Assembly: GCA_043807425.1 (NCBI GenBank) | Contig: JAZDFZ010000067.1 | Span: forward strand, 12,545 to 76,544 | Reading direction: 5' to 3' | Source of the DNA: Actinomycetota bacterium | Lineage (GTDB): Bacteria; Actinomycetota; Geothermincolia; Fen-727; Anoxymicrobiaceae | Length of the DNA stretch: 64,000 nt | Shown: positions 1-9,442 of the stretch, one piece after another | Layout: each line of letters starts with the position of its first letter | Position numbering within the stretch: position 1 is the first letter of the stretch | Notes under the pieces: model-generated | What the model saw: only the letters and a program-made list of their open reading frames with translations | Database searches by the model: none | What the model was told of the DNA's origin: nothing | Made by a program: the position numbers and the translations under genes

Positions 1-61
1 ATATACGCACTATCCGCACGGTTATTATAATCCGGATTCCCGGTGCCGAGGTGACTCGCGT

Positions 62-1480
62 CTACGGGCCCGCTGTCTTCATCCGTCTGCCGGTGGCCTT
101 CCGGTACGCCGCCTCGCCGACGAACGCGGCCGCCAGGAGGGCGAACATCGCTAGAAATGAGGGCAGGGATTCCTTAAACATGTTCACGGACAGGATTCCC
201 AGCATGCCCAGGCACAGGACCATGGCGATGGAGACGATCGCGCGGTTGGCCCCCGTCCTGGACGCTATCCTGAGATGGCCCGCGTTCACGAGCGCGTAGA
301 TCAACAGGAAGGCCCCGCTGCCCATCATCGCGATAGCACTCAGGTCGAACGAGACTATCAACGCGATCACGAGACCGGTTGTGATGAGGAGCCCGTCAGT
401 GCTCCCCTTCCAGGTGCTTCGCTCGAATATACTCGGGAGCTCGCCACGCTTGGCGATCATGTAGCTCGTATTCGCGCCACCGTACAACGTTGCGTTGATG
501 GCCGACGCGGTCGAGAACAGCGCGGCCACCGCCACCAGCTTGAACCCGAAGCCGCCCAGGAACGGTTTCGCCGCTTCCGCGAGGGCGTAGTCCCTGGCCG
601 CGGAGATCTGTGCGGTGGTGAGGTTCCCCGACACCGTGATGGACACGCCGAGGTATATAAGGGTTACGAATGCAACTGCGAGGTATAGGGCCCGGGGGAG
701 CATCTTGCGTGGGTTGGCCATATCCCCGGCGGTGTTGGTGATGAGGCCGAATCCCTCGTAGCCGATGAAAAGCACCCCGGTGCCCACGAGGATGCTCGTT
801 AGCCCCGGCCATCGGGAGGGAGACAGGTTCTGAGCCTTGATGAAGAAAAGCCCCGTCGCAGCGAAGAGCACGAGTATGGCGACCTTGATCACCACGATAA
901 CCAGTTCGGAGCGGTCCACGTAACGCGCTCCGAGGAAGTTCACGATGGTGAACATGAGAACCACAAAGACTGCTGTCGCCCGCAGGAAGAACGTGGACGG
1001 ATGGTCGGTGAAGAAGGTCGCGAAGTAGGAGGCGAACCCCATGGCGTACAGTGCTATCGCGATCACGTACCCGATCCAGAGGTATATGTTGGTAGCCCCG
1101 CTCAGGACGTTGTCGCCGAAGCCGCGTACCATGAACTCCACCGCTCCCCCCGCGGTCGGGTATTTCGCGCCGAGCTTGGCGTAGGAATAGGTCGAGAAAG
1201 AGGCGATGACGGCGCCGACGAGGAACGAGATCCATAGAGCGTTGCCCGCAGACTCGGCAGCGACCCCCAGGACGGAGAAGACACCGGCTCCAACCATTCC
1301 TCCGACCCCGATCGCAATAGCCCCGAGTAGCGAGACCTTCCCCTTTCCCGCCGGAGTGATGCTCTTGTCCGCTGGTCCAACGTTCACTTCTACCTCCCTG
1401 CCTGAATGAAGCTCCACCGGGGTCCGATACTCGAATGCGCCACGGTCTTCATTGAACCTGACTACGGCAGGCGCATCCAT
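62..1480 (-). CDS. APC-superfamily amino acid permease
   Basis: ORF 62..1624(-). Multiple predicted TM helices. N-terminal GKVSLLGAIAIGVGGMVGAGVF signature typical of APC transporters. Start placed at internal ATG (MDAPAVV) at 1480, overlapping the upstream gene by 19 nt. Confidence 0.75.
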   Translation of the reverse strand: MDAPAVVRFNEDRGAFEYRTPVELHSGREVEVNVGPADKSITPAGKGKVSLLGAIAIGVGGMVGAGVFSVLGVAAESAGNALWISFLVGAVIASFSTYSYAKLGAKYPTAGGAVEFMVRGFGDNVLSGATNIYLWIGYVIAIALYAMGFASYFATFFTDHPSTFFLRATAVFVVLMFTIVNFLGARYVDRSELVIVVIKVAILVLFAATGLFFIKAQNLSPSRWPGLTSILVGTGVLFIGYEGFGLITNTAGDMANPRKMLPRALYLAVAFVTLIYLGVSITVSGNLTTAQISAARDYALAEAAKPFLGGFGFKLVAVAALFSTASAINATLYGGANTSYMIAKRGELPSIFERSTWKGSTDGLLITTGLVIALIVSFDLSAIAMMGSGAFLLIYALVNAGHLRIASRTGANRAIVSIAMVLCLGMLGILSVNMFKESLPSFLAMFALLAAAFVGEAAYRKATGRRMKTAGP

Positions 1481-2580
1481 CCGGGCACGGCCGGGTTGAG
1501 CATCCACAAGAACCGCTGGTCCACGTGCCGCACCAGACTGAGCACCGCGGGGATGGCCAGCCGGGGACCCCACGGATGCGTGGCCCAGAGCAAGCGCCGT
1601 GTGAGGTAGGCGAGCCTCCACCACCGGTTCATACGATGGAACTCCCTGGCCGCCCCCTCCCGGTCGAGGACCGCCGTGGCCGCGATCCTGCCGGAGACGA
1701 GCGCGCCGTGCACGCCCAGGACCATGGTGGGGTCCTGCATGCCTGAAAGCGTTCCGGCCAGGATGAGGTCACGGCAGAAGAGCCGCGGGTTGGAGAACGA
1801 GCCGGTGGGGGTGCCCGCCAGGTTATCGATTGAATGCCAGTGGGGGAACTCGATGCCCTCGTCCTCGAGGAGCTGCCTCGGGAACCACTCCACGGCCGCG
1901 GACGACAGAGGCTTGCCCCGCTGGAAGAGCACCGCGGCCCCGGTGCCGTTTGCCGTGGCGTAGTACGCGTAGTCGCGCGTGTGCTCGTCGTAGTAGGCCA
2001 CGCAGAAGGGGCTGCGGCCGTCGGGGGCCGTCCCGCCGGCGAAGAGTCCGTACGCCCTGGTGTACGGGATGTCGAGCGCGTCGAACGCTTCTGTGAACAT
2101 GCCCGTGGCTACGATCGAGCCAGGTGGGAGATCACCGAAGTCCTTCCGCGTGCGTACCTGTGTGCCGAAGGAGAAATTCACGCCGCTGTCGGTGGCCAGG
2201 CGGGACAGGTACGTATCCAGGGAAGAAGGGCGGGACCCGCGTTCGACCATCTTCATGTGCACGTCGTCAGGAAGTGGGAGCTCGACCGTCTTCCCGTACA
2301 CCCGCAGGCGCAGGCTCGGCAACGGGTTGCAGAATGGCAGGGGCTGTGGATCATCCGGGCGTGAGAGGGAAAACCCCAGGTAGCGGCTCATGGCGTCCAG
2401 GTCCAGCGGGGTCATGTCCGCGAAAGAGAGCTCGTGGCTGCTGACCTCCGAGGCGTACAGCGATGCGCCGCCGATGGCCTTCTCCTGTTCTAGGACCGTG
2501 ACTTCGTGTCCCTCGCGGGCAAGGATGATGGCTGCGGTCAGGCCCGCAAGCCCGGCGCCGACTATGGTTACCTGTTTCAT
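1462..2580 (-). CDS. FAD-dependent oxidoreductase (geranylgeranyl-reductase/FixC-like)
   Basis: N-terminal Rossmann dinucleotide motif MKQVTIVGAGLAGLTAAIILAREGHEV. AGGAGG SD a few nt upstream of ATG at 2580. 16-nt gap to the AOR gene suggests an operon. Confidence 0.7.
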   Translation of the reverse strand: MKQVTIVGAGLAGLTAAIILAREGHEVTVLEQEKAIGGASLYASEVSSHELSFADMTPLDLDAMSRYLGFSLSRPDDPQPLPFCNPLPSLRLRVYGKTVELPLPDDVHMKMVERGSRPSSLDTYLSRLATDSGVNFSFGTQVRTRKDFGDLPPGSIVATGMFTEAFDALDIPYTRAYGLFAGGTAPDGRSPFCVAYYDEHTRDYAYYATANGTGAAVLFQRGKPLSSAAVEWFPRQLLEDEGIEFPHWHSIDNLAGTPTGSFSNPRLFCRDLILAGTLSGMQDPTMVLGVHGALVSGRIAATAVLDREGAAREFHRMNRWWRLAYLTRRLLWATHPWGPRLAIPAVLSLVRHVDQRFLWMLNPAVPGWMRLP

Positions 2581-2596
2581 GACTCCTCCTGTTGCA

Positions 2597-4435
2597 TCAG
2601 CCCGGTTCGCGGGAGCGCTCGTCGCAGTAGTCCCCGAGCAGGGACTCCAGCTTCGCGCCGTCCAGCTCCCGCCCGAAGTAGTCGTGGAGCTTCCCGCCGC
2701 GTCCCCAGACCGGCCGCTCGTCCAGCCACGCCCGCGGGAAGACGTCGGCGTCCCTGCCCAGACCCTCTCGCTCGTTCAGCTCGCGGTAGATCTCCCAGCC
2801 CGCCGCGGCCCGACCCATGATCTCGCCAACCTCCAGCTCGAGGCCCGTGACCGCCGCGAGGAGGTCCCTGATGAGCGGCGGGTTGTAGAACCTGTTTATC
2901 TGGTGGCGGTTGCAGATCCCGAGCGAGCTGAACAGGCTGAACCAGTCCTCCGAGTAACGGGTGAGCCTGCCGACGTTCATACCGCCGCCATCGAAGATGC
3001 GACCGATCGCAGCCGGGCAGGCACCCATGCGCTCCGTCAGCCGGACCAGGTTCTCCGCCGTCTGGCCGGGCAGGTAGGTGGCGGACCCCCCGCTTGCCGA
3101 GGTGGGCCCCCGCGGCGAGACGACCTGTTCGAACTCCATGGTGCCGAGGCCCGAGACCCGGGGGTCGTAGATGCAGTCCTGGTTGCGCACCAGCACCGTG
3201 AACCTGGCGGTCTCCTCGCCGAAATGCTCCAACGCGCCGGTCCAGCCCTCTGCGAGCGCCTCGCCCGCGGGGCCGACGCGCCCGGCCACCAGGGAGGCTA
3301 ATCCACGGATCAGGGCTCCGGAGCGTTCCAGCGGGAGTCCTCCGACGTCCGACGGACCGATGACCTCTTCCGCCGCCAGGTCCAGCAGGCAGTTCGCCTG
3401 GTTCGAGAGCGTGAACATGTCGAGACCGAGGTCGTCCAGCTCCGCCAGAGTCGAGGCGGCCTCCCCCGCGCTCTCCATGAGAAAGGCACCCCCCAGGATC
3501 GCCGCGTTGAGGAAGGAGGTAGAGTCTACTCTGCGCCCGCCCTGCAGTACGAGCCTGTCCTTGTCGGGGAGAAAGCAGGAGGGGCACGATATCCTCTTGC
3601 TCTTGAGCTGCAGGTATCCGGCGGGACCGAACCTCTCGCCCAGCGCGGAGACATCGTCCGGAGTGGCGCCCGGGGGCGCGAACTGCGGCGCGTACAGCGG
3701 CCACGCGGCGACCATCCCGAGCTCGAGCGCGGTCGGCCTGTTTGACCAGGACCGACATCGCAGGTGGAGGCCCCCCACCAGCTCCTTCAGCCTCGCCGGC
3801 TGGGCAACGCTCACCCGTCCCTCGCCCCGCAGGACCACCGCCTTCAGGTTCTTGGACCCCATGACGGCGCCCAGGCCGCCCCGGCCGAGGGTGGCACAGC
3901 AGTCTATCATCGCGATTGCGAGGTGGACGAGGTTCTCTCCGGCGGGGCCGATCGCGATGACGGAGGAGCCAGGGTAGGTGTCGTGCAGGCGCTCCGTCGC
4001 CTCGAGGGTGCCGGCGCCCCACAGGCCGCCGGCCGGCACGAGTTCCACCGCTTCGCCGTCTACGACAAGCACTGACGGGGATGCCGCGCGCCCCGTTATC
4101 GCGATGTGATCGTAGCCGGCCCGTTTCATCATCACACCCGCGCCCATGCCGCCGCTCGCCGACGCGATCGCCCCGGTCAGGGGCAGGCGGGAGTTCGCCA
4201 TTATCCGCGAGGAGCCTGGGACCTTCGTGCCGACGAACGGCCCGGCTCCGAGCAGTATCGGGTTTCCAGGTGAGAGCGGCTCCGTACCGGAGTCGTAGAA
4301 CCGGTCGAACAGGCTGTTGTTCGCCCCGAACCCGCCGAGGAAGCGCTCAGCGGACTCGCGGGGGTACTCCACGACCGAATCCGCCGGTCCGTCCAGGTCC
4401 ACCTCGAGCAGGCGCCCCGTCCAGCCGCCGTACAT
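2597..4435 (-). CDS. aldehyde:ferredoxin oxidoreductase (tungsten AOR family)
   Basis: N-terminus MYGGWTGRLLEVDL and ~610 aa length are characteristic of AOR-family enzymes. AAGGAGG SD 7 nt before ATG at 4435; the track ORF begins one codon earlier at TTG 4438. Confidence 0.85.
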   Translation of the reverse strand: MYGGWTGRLLEVDLDGPADSVVEYPRESAERFLGGFGANNSLFDRFYDSGTEPLSPGNPILLGAGPFVGTKVPGSSRIMANSRLPLTGAIASASGGMGAGVMMKRAGYDHIAITGRAASPSVLVVDGEAVELVPAGGLWGAGTLEATERLHDTYPGSSVIAIGPAGENLVHLAIAMIDCCATLGRGGLGAVMGSKNLKAVVLRGEGRVSVAQPARLKELVGGLHLRCRSWSNRPTALELGMVAAWPLYAPQFAPPGATPDDVSALGERFGPAGYLQLKSKRISCPSCFLPDKDRLVLQGGRRVDSTSFLNAAILGGAFLMESAGEAASTLAELDDLGLDMFTLSNQANCLLDLAAEEVIGPSDVGGLPLERSGALIRGLASLVAGRVGPAGEALAEGWTGALEHFGEETARFTVLVRNQDCIYDPRVSGLGTMEFEQVVSPRGPTSASGGSATYLPGQTAENLVRLTERMGACPAAIGRIFDGGGMNVGRLTRYSEDWFSLFSSLGICNRHQINRFYNPPLIRDLLAAVTGLELEVGEIMGRAAAGWEIYRELNEREGLGRDADVFPRAWLDERPVWGRGGKLHDYFGRELDGAKLESLLGDYCDERSREPG

Positions 4436-4589
4436 CAACCGTCCTCCTTGACAGTCTAGGAATATGTTCCCTCTAGTCTATCAATAGCCGCATGGCGGGC
4501 ATAAACGAAGCTATCGGCAAATACGTAATGGTGAATGTTGAAGAAGCGGCGGGGATGTAGAATGTTCAGGGTTGGAGGGTGGAGACATT

Positions 4590-4628
4590 ATGGTACGGTC
4601 GAGGATAGAGGTCTCCAATGGCCGATGA
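4590..4628 (+). other. 12-codon upstream mini-ORF (MVRSRIEVSNGR) overlapping the sigma-factor start
   Basis: ATG at 4590 sits 5 nt downstream of GGAGGGTGGAG, the best SD in this intergenic region. Its stop TGA at 4626-4628 overlaps ATG 4618 of the downstream gene in another frame. Confidence 0.25.
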
Positions 4629-5589
4629 GAACCGATTCTTCATACACCAGGACGAACTGATGCTGTTCGCGTACCTGATGTCCGGCTCACTGGTATTCGC
4701 GGACAGGATCGCCCGGGAAGCCCTGGCGGAGGTCGGGGAGGAGGCGGGGCATGTCGAGGGCACGGAGCGGGTGCTCCTCCCCGGGCCGGCAACCGCCCTC
4801 TGCCTCGACGCCCTGTCGGGAGGTGAACCCGGGGGGCTGCCTTCCCGAGCGTCGGTGCCGGGTCGGGAACACGAGGCCGCAGAAGGATTTCAGCGCCGGA
4901 TCGGGAGCCGGCTCGAGCCGTTTCCCGACGACCTCGTACCCGAGACCATACTCGGGGGCTGCCGCTACGAGTCGAGAGAGAGTGTTTCCCTGGAGCTCGC
5001 CGGGGCTCTTCAGGCCCTGGAACCCGCCTCACGAGCCGTGCTTATTCTCCATGACATGCTCGGTATCGAAGAGAAATACGAGGCGGGCATGCTGAGGAGC
5101 CAGGCATGCGCCGACCTCGACGAAGCGCGAGATACTCTGGCGCGCACGTACCGGCAAGAGCAGGGAAGACGCGAGCCGCCGCCTGACGAGGACGCGACCG
5201 AGCTCATCATGAAATACATCTTCAGCTGGGAGACCTCCGACTCGAGGGGACTCGATGCCATGTTCTCAAAGGATGTGGTATTGCAATCCCCGTCCTCCGA
5301 TCGGTGGTTCGAAGGCAGGGGAGCCGTTACCGGATACCTGGAGGGAGGGCCTCTTGCGCCCGGCACAGGCGGGGACCGGCGCCTTCTCCCTACAAGGGCG
5401 AACGGGCAGCTCGCCTTCGTGGTCTACCGGCTGGACGACTCGCGGAAGACGTATAGAGCCACTTCTATCCAGGTTGTATACTTCGATAGCCTTACGGTTT
5501 CGGAGATCGTCGATTTCACGTGCCCTTCGCTCTTCGCGCTCTTCGGCCTGCCGGACGAGGTCATCGCGCAGGGGCGGACGGACGGATGA
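4618..5589 (+). CDS. ECF-type sigma-70 factor with C-terminal SnoaL/NTF2-like domain (SigJ/ECF41-like architecture)
   Basis: Region-4-like HTH segment LEPASRAVLILHDMLGIEEKYEAGMLRSQACADLDEARDTLARTYRQ, followed by a ~120-aa NTF2/SnoaL-like segment. N-terminal region-2 similarity is weak. Confidence 0.45.
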   Translation: MADENRFFIHQDELMLFAYLMSGSLVFADRIAREALAEVGEEAGHVEGTERVLLPGPATALCLDALSGGEPGGLPSRASVPGREHEAAEGFQRRIGSRLEPFPDDLVPETILGGCRYESRESVSLELAGALQALEPASRAVLILHDMLGIEEKYEAGMLRSQACADLDEARDTLARTYRQEQGRREPPPDEDATELIMKYIFSWETSDSRGLDAMFSKDVVLQSPSSDRWFEGRGAVTGYLEGGPLAPGTGGDRRLLPTRANGQLAFVVYRLDDSRKTYRATSIQVVYFDSLTVSEIVDFTCPSLFALFGLPDEVIAQGRTDG

Positions 5590-5604
5590 AAGGAGATGTC
5601 TGGA

Positions 5605-7224
5605 ATGACGGACCAGCAGCACTGGATTGACAGCGGAGCCATACCGCCGGACGGCGGAGAGCGCATCCTCGGGGGGACCATGGACGTCTACGCGGAGAAC
5701 CGCGAGCCCAGGCTCCTGCATCCGAAGTGGCAGGAGGCCGCTGAGAAGAAGCTGGCCGAGCTGGAGAAGAGGACCGGGCGCAAGCCGAACTTCCTGGTGT
5801 TCGTCCTGGACGACGTCGGATGGGGTGACTTCGGCTGCTACGGTGGAGGGCACCTGAGGGGGGCTCCGACCCCCAACTTCGACCGGCTGGCGCAGGAGGG
5901 CCTCAAGCTCACCTCCTGCTACTCCCAGCCGAGCTGCTCGCCCTCGAGGGCGACCCTGATGACCGGGCGGCTCCCCATCCGCCACGGAATCCTCACCCCC
6001 CCGATGTACGGCCAGCCGGGCGGCCTGCAGGACGAGGTGACGATTGCCGAACTGCTGAAGAAGGCGGGGTATGTGACACGCGCCGTCGGCAAGTGGCACT
6101 GCGGGGAGAACGAGGAGTCCGTTCCCCAGAACAAGGGCTTCGACGAGTTCTACGGCTTCTACGGGGTGTCCGACATGTACACCGAGTGGCGCGACAACTA
6201 CTTCTACCCGGAGATAGTGAACGACCCGCTCATCTTCAACGCCATCCTCAACGCCAGGTTCAACAAGCACATCATAAAGGCGAAAGCCGGGCAGTTCGAT
6301 ATACCTGAGATCGAGCAGGAGGAGATAGACCTCGAGACCGTAAAGGACCTGGACGAGAACTGGGCGGAATACTCCGTGGAGTTCATCAGGTCAATGAAGG
6401 ACGGAAAGGAGCCCTGGTTCCTGTACCACGGTACCCGGGGCTGCCACTTCGACAACTACCCGCCCGATAAGTTCAGGGGCAAGTCCCGCTGCAAGTACCC
6501 GTTCCACGACGTCCTGGTCGAGTGCGACGACATATTCGGCCGGCTCTTCGCTGCTCTCGAGGAGACCGGCCAGCTGGAGAACACGCTAATCTTCCTGACC
6601 TCCGACAACGGCCCGGAGATGGAGTCCTGGCCCGACAGCTCCTACACCCCGTTCCGCGGCTCGAAGGGGACCACCTGGGAGGGCGGTATCCGGGTCCCGG
6701 GCATCTTTTACTGGAAGGGGATGATAGAGCCGGGACGCGTCTCTGACGGCCTGTTCGACTTTTGCGACGCGCTGCCCACGCTTTGCGCGCTGGCCGGGGT
6801 CGAGGATCTGCCCGAGGACAGGTACCTCGACGGGGTTGATCAGAGGGCCTTCCTGCTGGCCGAGCCCGTGCCCGACGGCACGCACTGGGGGGCCGACCCG
6901 GCCTGGATGTCGAACCGCGTAGCCGTGTACTCCTGGCTCCTGGACAAACCCTCCGGTACCCGTGTTGCCGGCTGGAAGGCGGTTGCCATGGAGACCGAGC
7001 GCGACATAAGGGACACCGTGACCCCGGGCGGGTTCTCTGGGCACGACGTGAACCTGACCTACGGCAAGGTCTTCAACCTCTTCCTGGACCCCAAGGAGGA
7101 GCACAGCTTCACCATACGCAAGCTCGTCTACATGCCATTGTTCGCGGCGATCAGCGCTGCCCACGCGAAGACATTCGAGAAGTACCCGGCAAGGATACAG
7201 GTCAAGGGAGGCAAGACCGGTTGA
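5605..7224 (+). CDS. Cys-type sulfatase (arylsulfatase family), no signal peptide
   Basis: Sulfatase signature CSPSRATLMTGR (C-x-P-x-R formylglycine site) and N-terminal metal-binding FLVFVLDDVGWGDFGCYGG. Second in-frame ATG at 5605 has AGGAG 9 nt upstream; the track ORF starts at 5596. Confidence 0.85.
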   Translation: MTDQQHWIDSGAIPPDGGERILGGTMDVYAENREPRLLHPKWQEAAEKKLAELEKRTGRKPNFLVFVLDDVGWGDFGCYGGGHLRGAPTPNFDRLAQEGLKLTSCYSQPSCSPSRATLMTGRLPIRHGILTPPMYGQPGGLQDEVTIAELLKKAGYVTRAVGKWHCGENEESVPQNKGFDEFYGFYGVSDMYTEWRDNYFYPEIVNDPLIFNAILNARFNKHIIKAKAGQFDIPEIEQEEIDLETVKDLDENWAEYSVEFIRSMKDGKEPWFLYHGTRGCHFDNYPPDKFRGKSRCKYPFHDVLVECDDIFGRLFAALEETGQLENTLIFLTSDNGPEMESWPDSSYTPFRGSKGTTWEGGIRVPGIFYWKGMIEPGRVSDGLFDFCDALPTLCALAGVEDLPEDRYLDGVDQRAFLLAEPVPDGTHWGADPAWMSNRVAVYSWLLDKPSGTRVAGWKAVAMETERDIRDTVTPGGFSGHDVNLTYGKVFNLFLDPKEEHSFTIRKLVYMPLFAAISAAHAKTFEKYPARIQVKGGKTG

Positions 7225-7237
7225 GGGAATCGGACGC

Positions 7238-8002
7238 TCAGGCAGCCGTCCGATGGTACCTTTCGAGGATCCCGAGGAAGCCGTACGCGAAGCGGTAGGC
7301 GTCTCCCGGCCAGCGCGCCGAGATGTAGTTGCCATCGACGACCGCAAAACCTCGACCCGGCGCTTCGGCGGAATCGCGCCGCGGGGACAATGGTCCCCGG
7401 AGGAAATCGCGCCCGTCGGCCAGTTCCCGGCTGACGATGCGCTGGACGGTTTCCGGGTAGGTCCTGAAGTAGTCGTGAAGCCACGGCCTCGTGCTCCAGT
7501 AGGCCGACAGCTCCATGAAGGCCGGCAGCGCCGTGGTCCTGCGACCGTACAGGGGCGACCTGTCACCCCGAGGCATCCGGGCCCGCGCCGGCACTATCAC
7601 TCCGTGGCAGATGGCGCCGACCGGCTTGTTCACCGCGAAGAAGGATGCCACGCACCGCTGAAGCGCCTCCGACTCAAGGTACTCTCTCATACCCGGGGCG
7701 TGTCCCCCGGGCAGGAGAAGGCCGTCGAACTCCTCCTCCCGGATGTCCTCGTAGGCGATGGGATTCCGGAAGGACTCCTGCCGGCGGAGTTCCTCGTATG
7801 TCGCGACACCGTCCGTGTGAGCCGCGAAGAAGGCGCGCAGCGGGCCGAACCCCTCGCCGGTCACGACCCTTGGATCGGCTTCGCCCTGCCGGCCAGAGGG
7901 AGTGGCGAACCTCACCCCGTATCCAGCCCGGGTCAGCACCTTCCATGGAACCGCCGTCTCCGTGGGATCGAAGTCGGTATGCGGTGTGGCGATAATGATC
8001 AT
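7238..8002 (-). CDS. DJ-1/PfpI family protein (class I glutamine amidotransferase-like)
   Basis: Nucleophile-elbow motif VGAICHGV and overall DJ-1/PfpI pattern. Start at internal ATG 8002 (MIIIATPH), preceded by GGAGG. Confidence 0.8.
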   Translation of the reverse strand: MIIIATPHTDFDPTETAVPWKVLTRAGYGVRFATPSGRQGEADPRVVTGEGFGPLRAFFAAHTDGVATYEELRRQESFRNPIAYEDIREEEFDGLLLPGGHAPGMREYLESEALQRCVASFFAVNKPVGAICHGVIVPARARMPRGDRSPLYGRRTTALPAFMELSAYWSTRPWLHDYFRTYPETVQRIVSRELADGRDFLRGPLSPRRDSAEAPGRGFAVVDGNYISARWPGDAYRFAYGFLGILERYHRTAA

Positions 8003-8224
8003 CCGGAGTCCTCCATTCCCGGCCAATCGTGGCATCAGGATAGCATAGAGAACCAGTGCCGCAGGTCGCGAGCTGTCCAGGCCGGGTGTGGTCCGGTGGG
8101 CCGTTCGGAGGGCGGAATACATGCATACCCGGGGTGCTCGGTGTTACATTACTGTTGAGCGACACAGGTACATAAGGGGTGTCGAGAGCAATCCGAATAG
8201 ACGTTGAGAGAAAGTGAGGGCCAG

Positions 8225-9406
8225 GTGAGAAGGACCAACGTAATCGGTGTCGGCATGACCAGGTTCAGTTCGCCCAAAGAGCTGCGGCCATACACGGACA
8301 TGGGCCAGGAAGCGGCTCGCGACGCCCTGAAGGACGCCGGGGTCGAATACGCGGAGATCGAGCACGCCTACACGGGGTGGGTCTATGCCGACAGCTGCGC
8401 CGGTCAGAAGGTGCTCTACGAGATGGGCATGACGGGGATCCCGGTGTTCAACGTGAACAACAACTGCTCGACGGGATCGAACGCCCTCTACCTCGCCCGC
8501 GAGGCGGTCGGGTACGGCGCGGTCGAATGCGCGCTGGCGCTGGGTTTCGAGCAGATGACACCGGGCGCCCTGGGCGTCGTCTTCACCGACCGTCCCATCC
8601 CCATGTACACCTTCTTCGAGAAGCTGTACGAGTTCACCCCGCCCGTGGAAGGCGCCGCTCCCGCCGCCCAGCTTTTCGCCGGCGCGGGCCTGGAGCATCA
8701 GAAGAAATACGGTACCAGGGACGAGACGTTCGCGAAGATCTCCGTGAAGGCCCGAAAGCATGCCCAGCACAACGAGAGGGCTATATTCAGGGACCAGGTA
8801 ACGGTGGAGGAGGTCCTGGCCTCGCCCAGGCAGGCTCCGCCCCTGACTCGGCTTCAATGCTGCCCGCCGACGTGCGGCGCCGCCGCGGCGGTGGTGTGCT
8901 CGGACGATTTCGCGGAGAAGCACAACATCAACAGCCCCGTGTACATCGCCGCCCAAGCCATGCTCACCGACTTCTCCAGCTCCTTCGAAGGGCAGAGCCC
9001 CATGCGGATAGTGGGCTACGACATGACCGCCGAGGCGGCAAAGGATGTCTACGAGACAGCCGGCGTAGGGCCGGAGGACGTGGATGTTGTGGAACTGCAC
9101 GACTGCTTCACGGCCAATGAGCTGATCACGTATGAAGGACTGGGACTGACCCCCGAGGGGACGGCGGAGAAGTTCATCGAGGACGGCGACAACACCTACG
9201 GGGGAAAGTACGTGGTCAATCCTTCCGGCGGCCTGCTGTCCAAGGGACACCCCCTGGGCGCCACAGGCCTGGCACAGTGCGCGGAACTGGTCTGGCAGCT
9301 TCGGGGAGAAGCGGGGGTCCGCCAGGTCGAGGGCGCGAGAGTAGGCCTCCAGCACAACATCGGCCTCGGCGGCTGCGTGGTGGTGGGCCTGTATCGCAAG
9401 GACTGA
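8225..9406 (+). CDS. thiolase-family lipid-transfer protein (SCP-x-type thiolase / acetyl-CoA C-acyltransferase)
   Basis: N-terminal VIGVGMTRF, an active-site Cys region, and the C-terminal NPSGGLLSKGHPLGATGL thiolase signature. GTG 8225 is preceded by GAGGG; the alternative start is TTG 8204. Confidence 0.75.
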   Translation: MRRTNVIGVGMTRFSSPKELRPYTDMGQEAARDALKDAGVEYAEIEHAYTGWVYADSCAGQKVLYEMGMTGIPVFNVNNNCSTGSNALYLAREAVGYGAVECALALGFEQMTPGALGVVFTDRPIPMYTFFEKLYEFTPPVEGAAPAAQLFAGAGLEHQKKYGTRDETFAKISVKARKHAQHNERAIFRDQVTVEEVLASPRQAPPLTRLQCCPPTCGAAAAVVCSDDFAEKHNINSPVYIAAQAMLTDFSSSFEGQSPMRIVGYDMTAEAAKDVYETAGVGPEDVDVVELHDCFTANELITYEGLGLTPEGTAEKFIEDGDNTYGGKYVVNPSGGLLSKGHPLGATGLAQCAELVWQLRGEAGVRQVEGARVGLQHNIGLGGCVVVGLYRKD

Positions 9407-9442
9407 CAGCCGAAGATGTCCCCGGGCCACCGGGCGTCGAGG

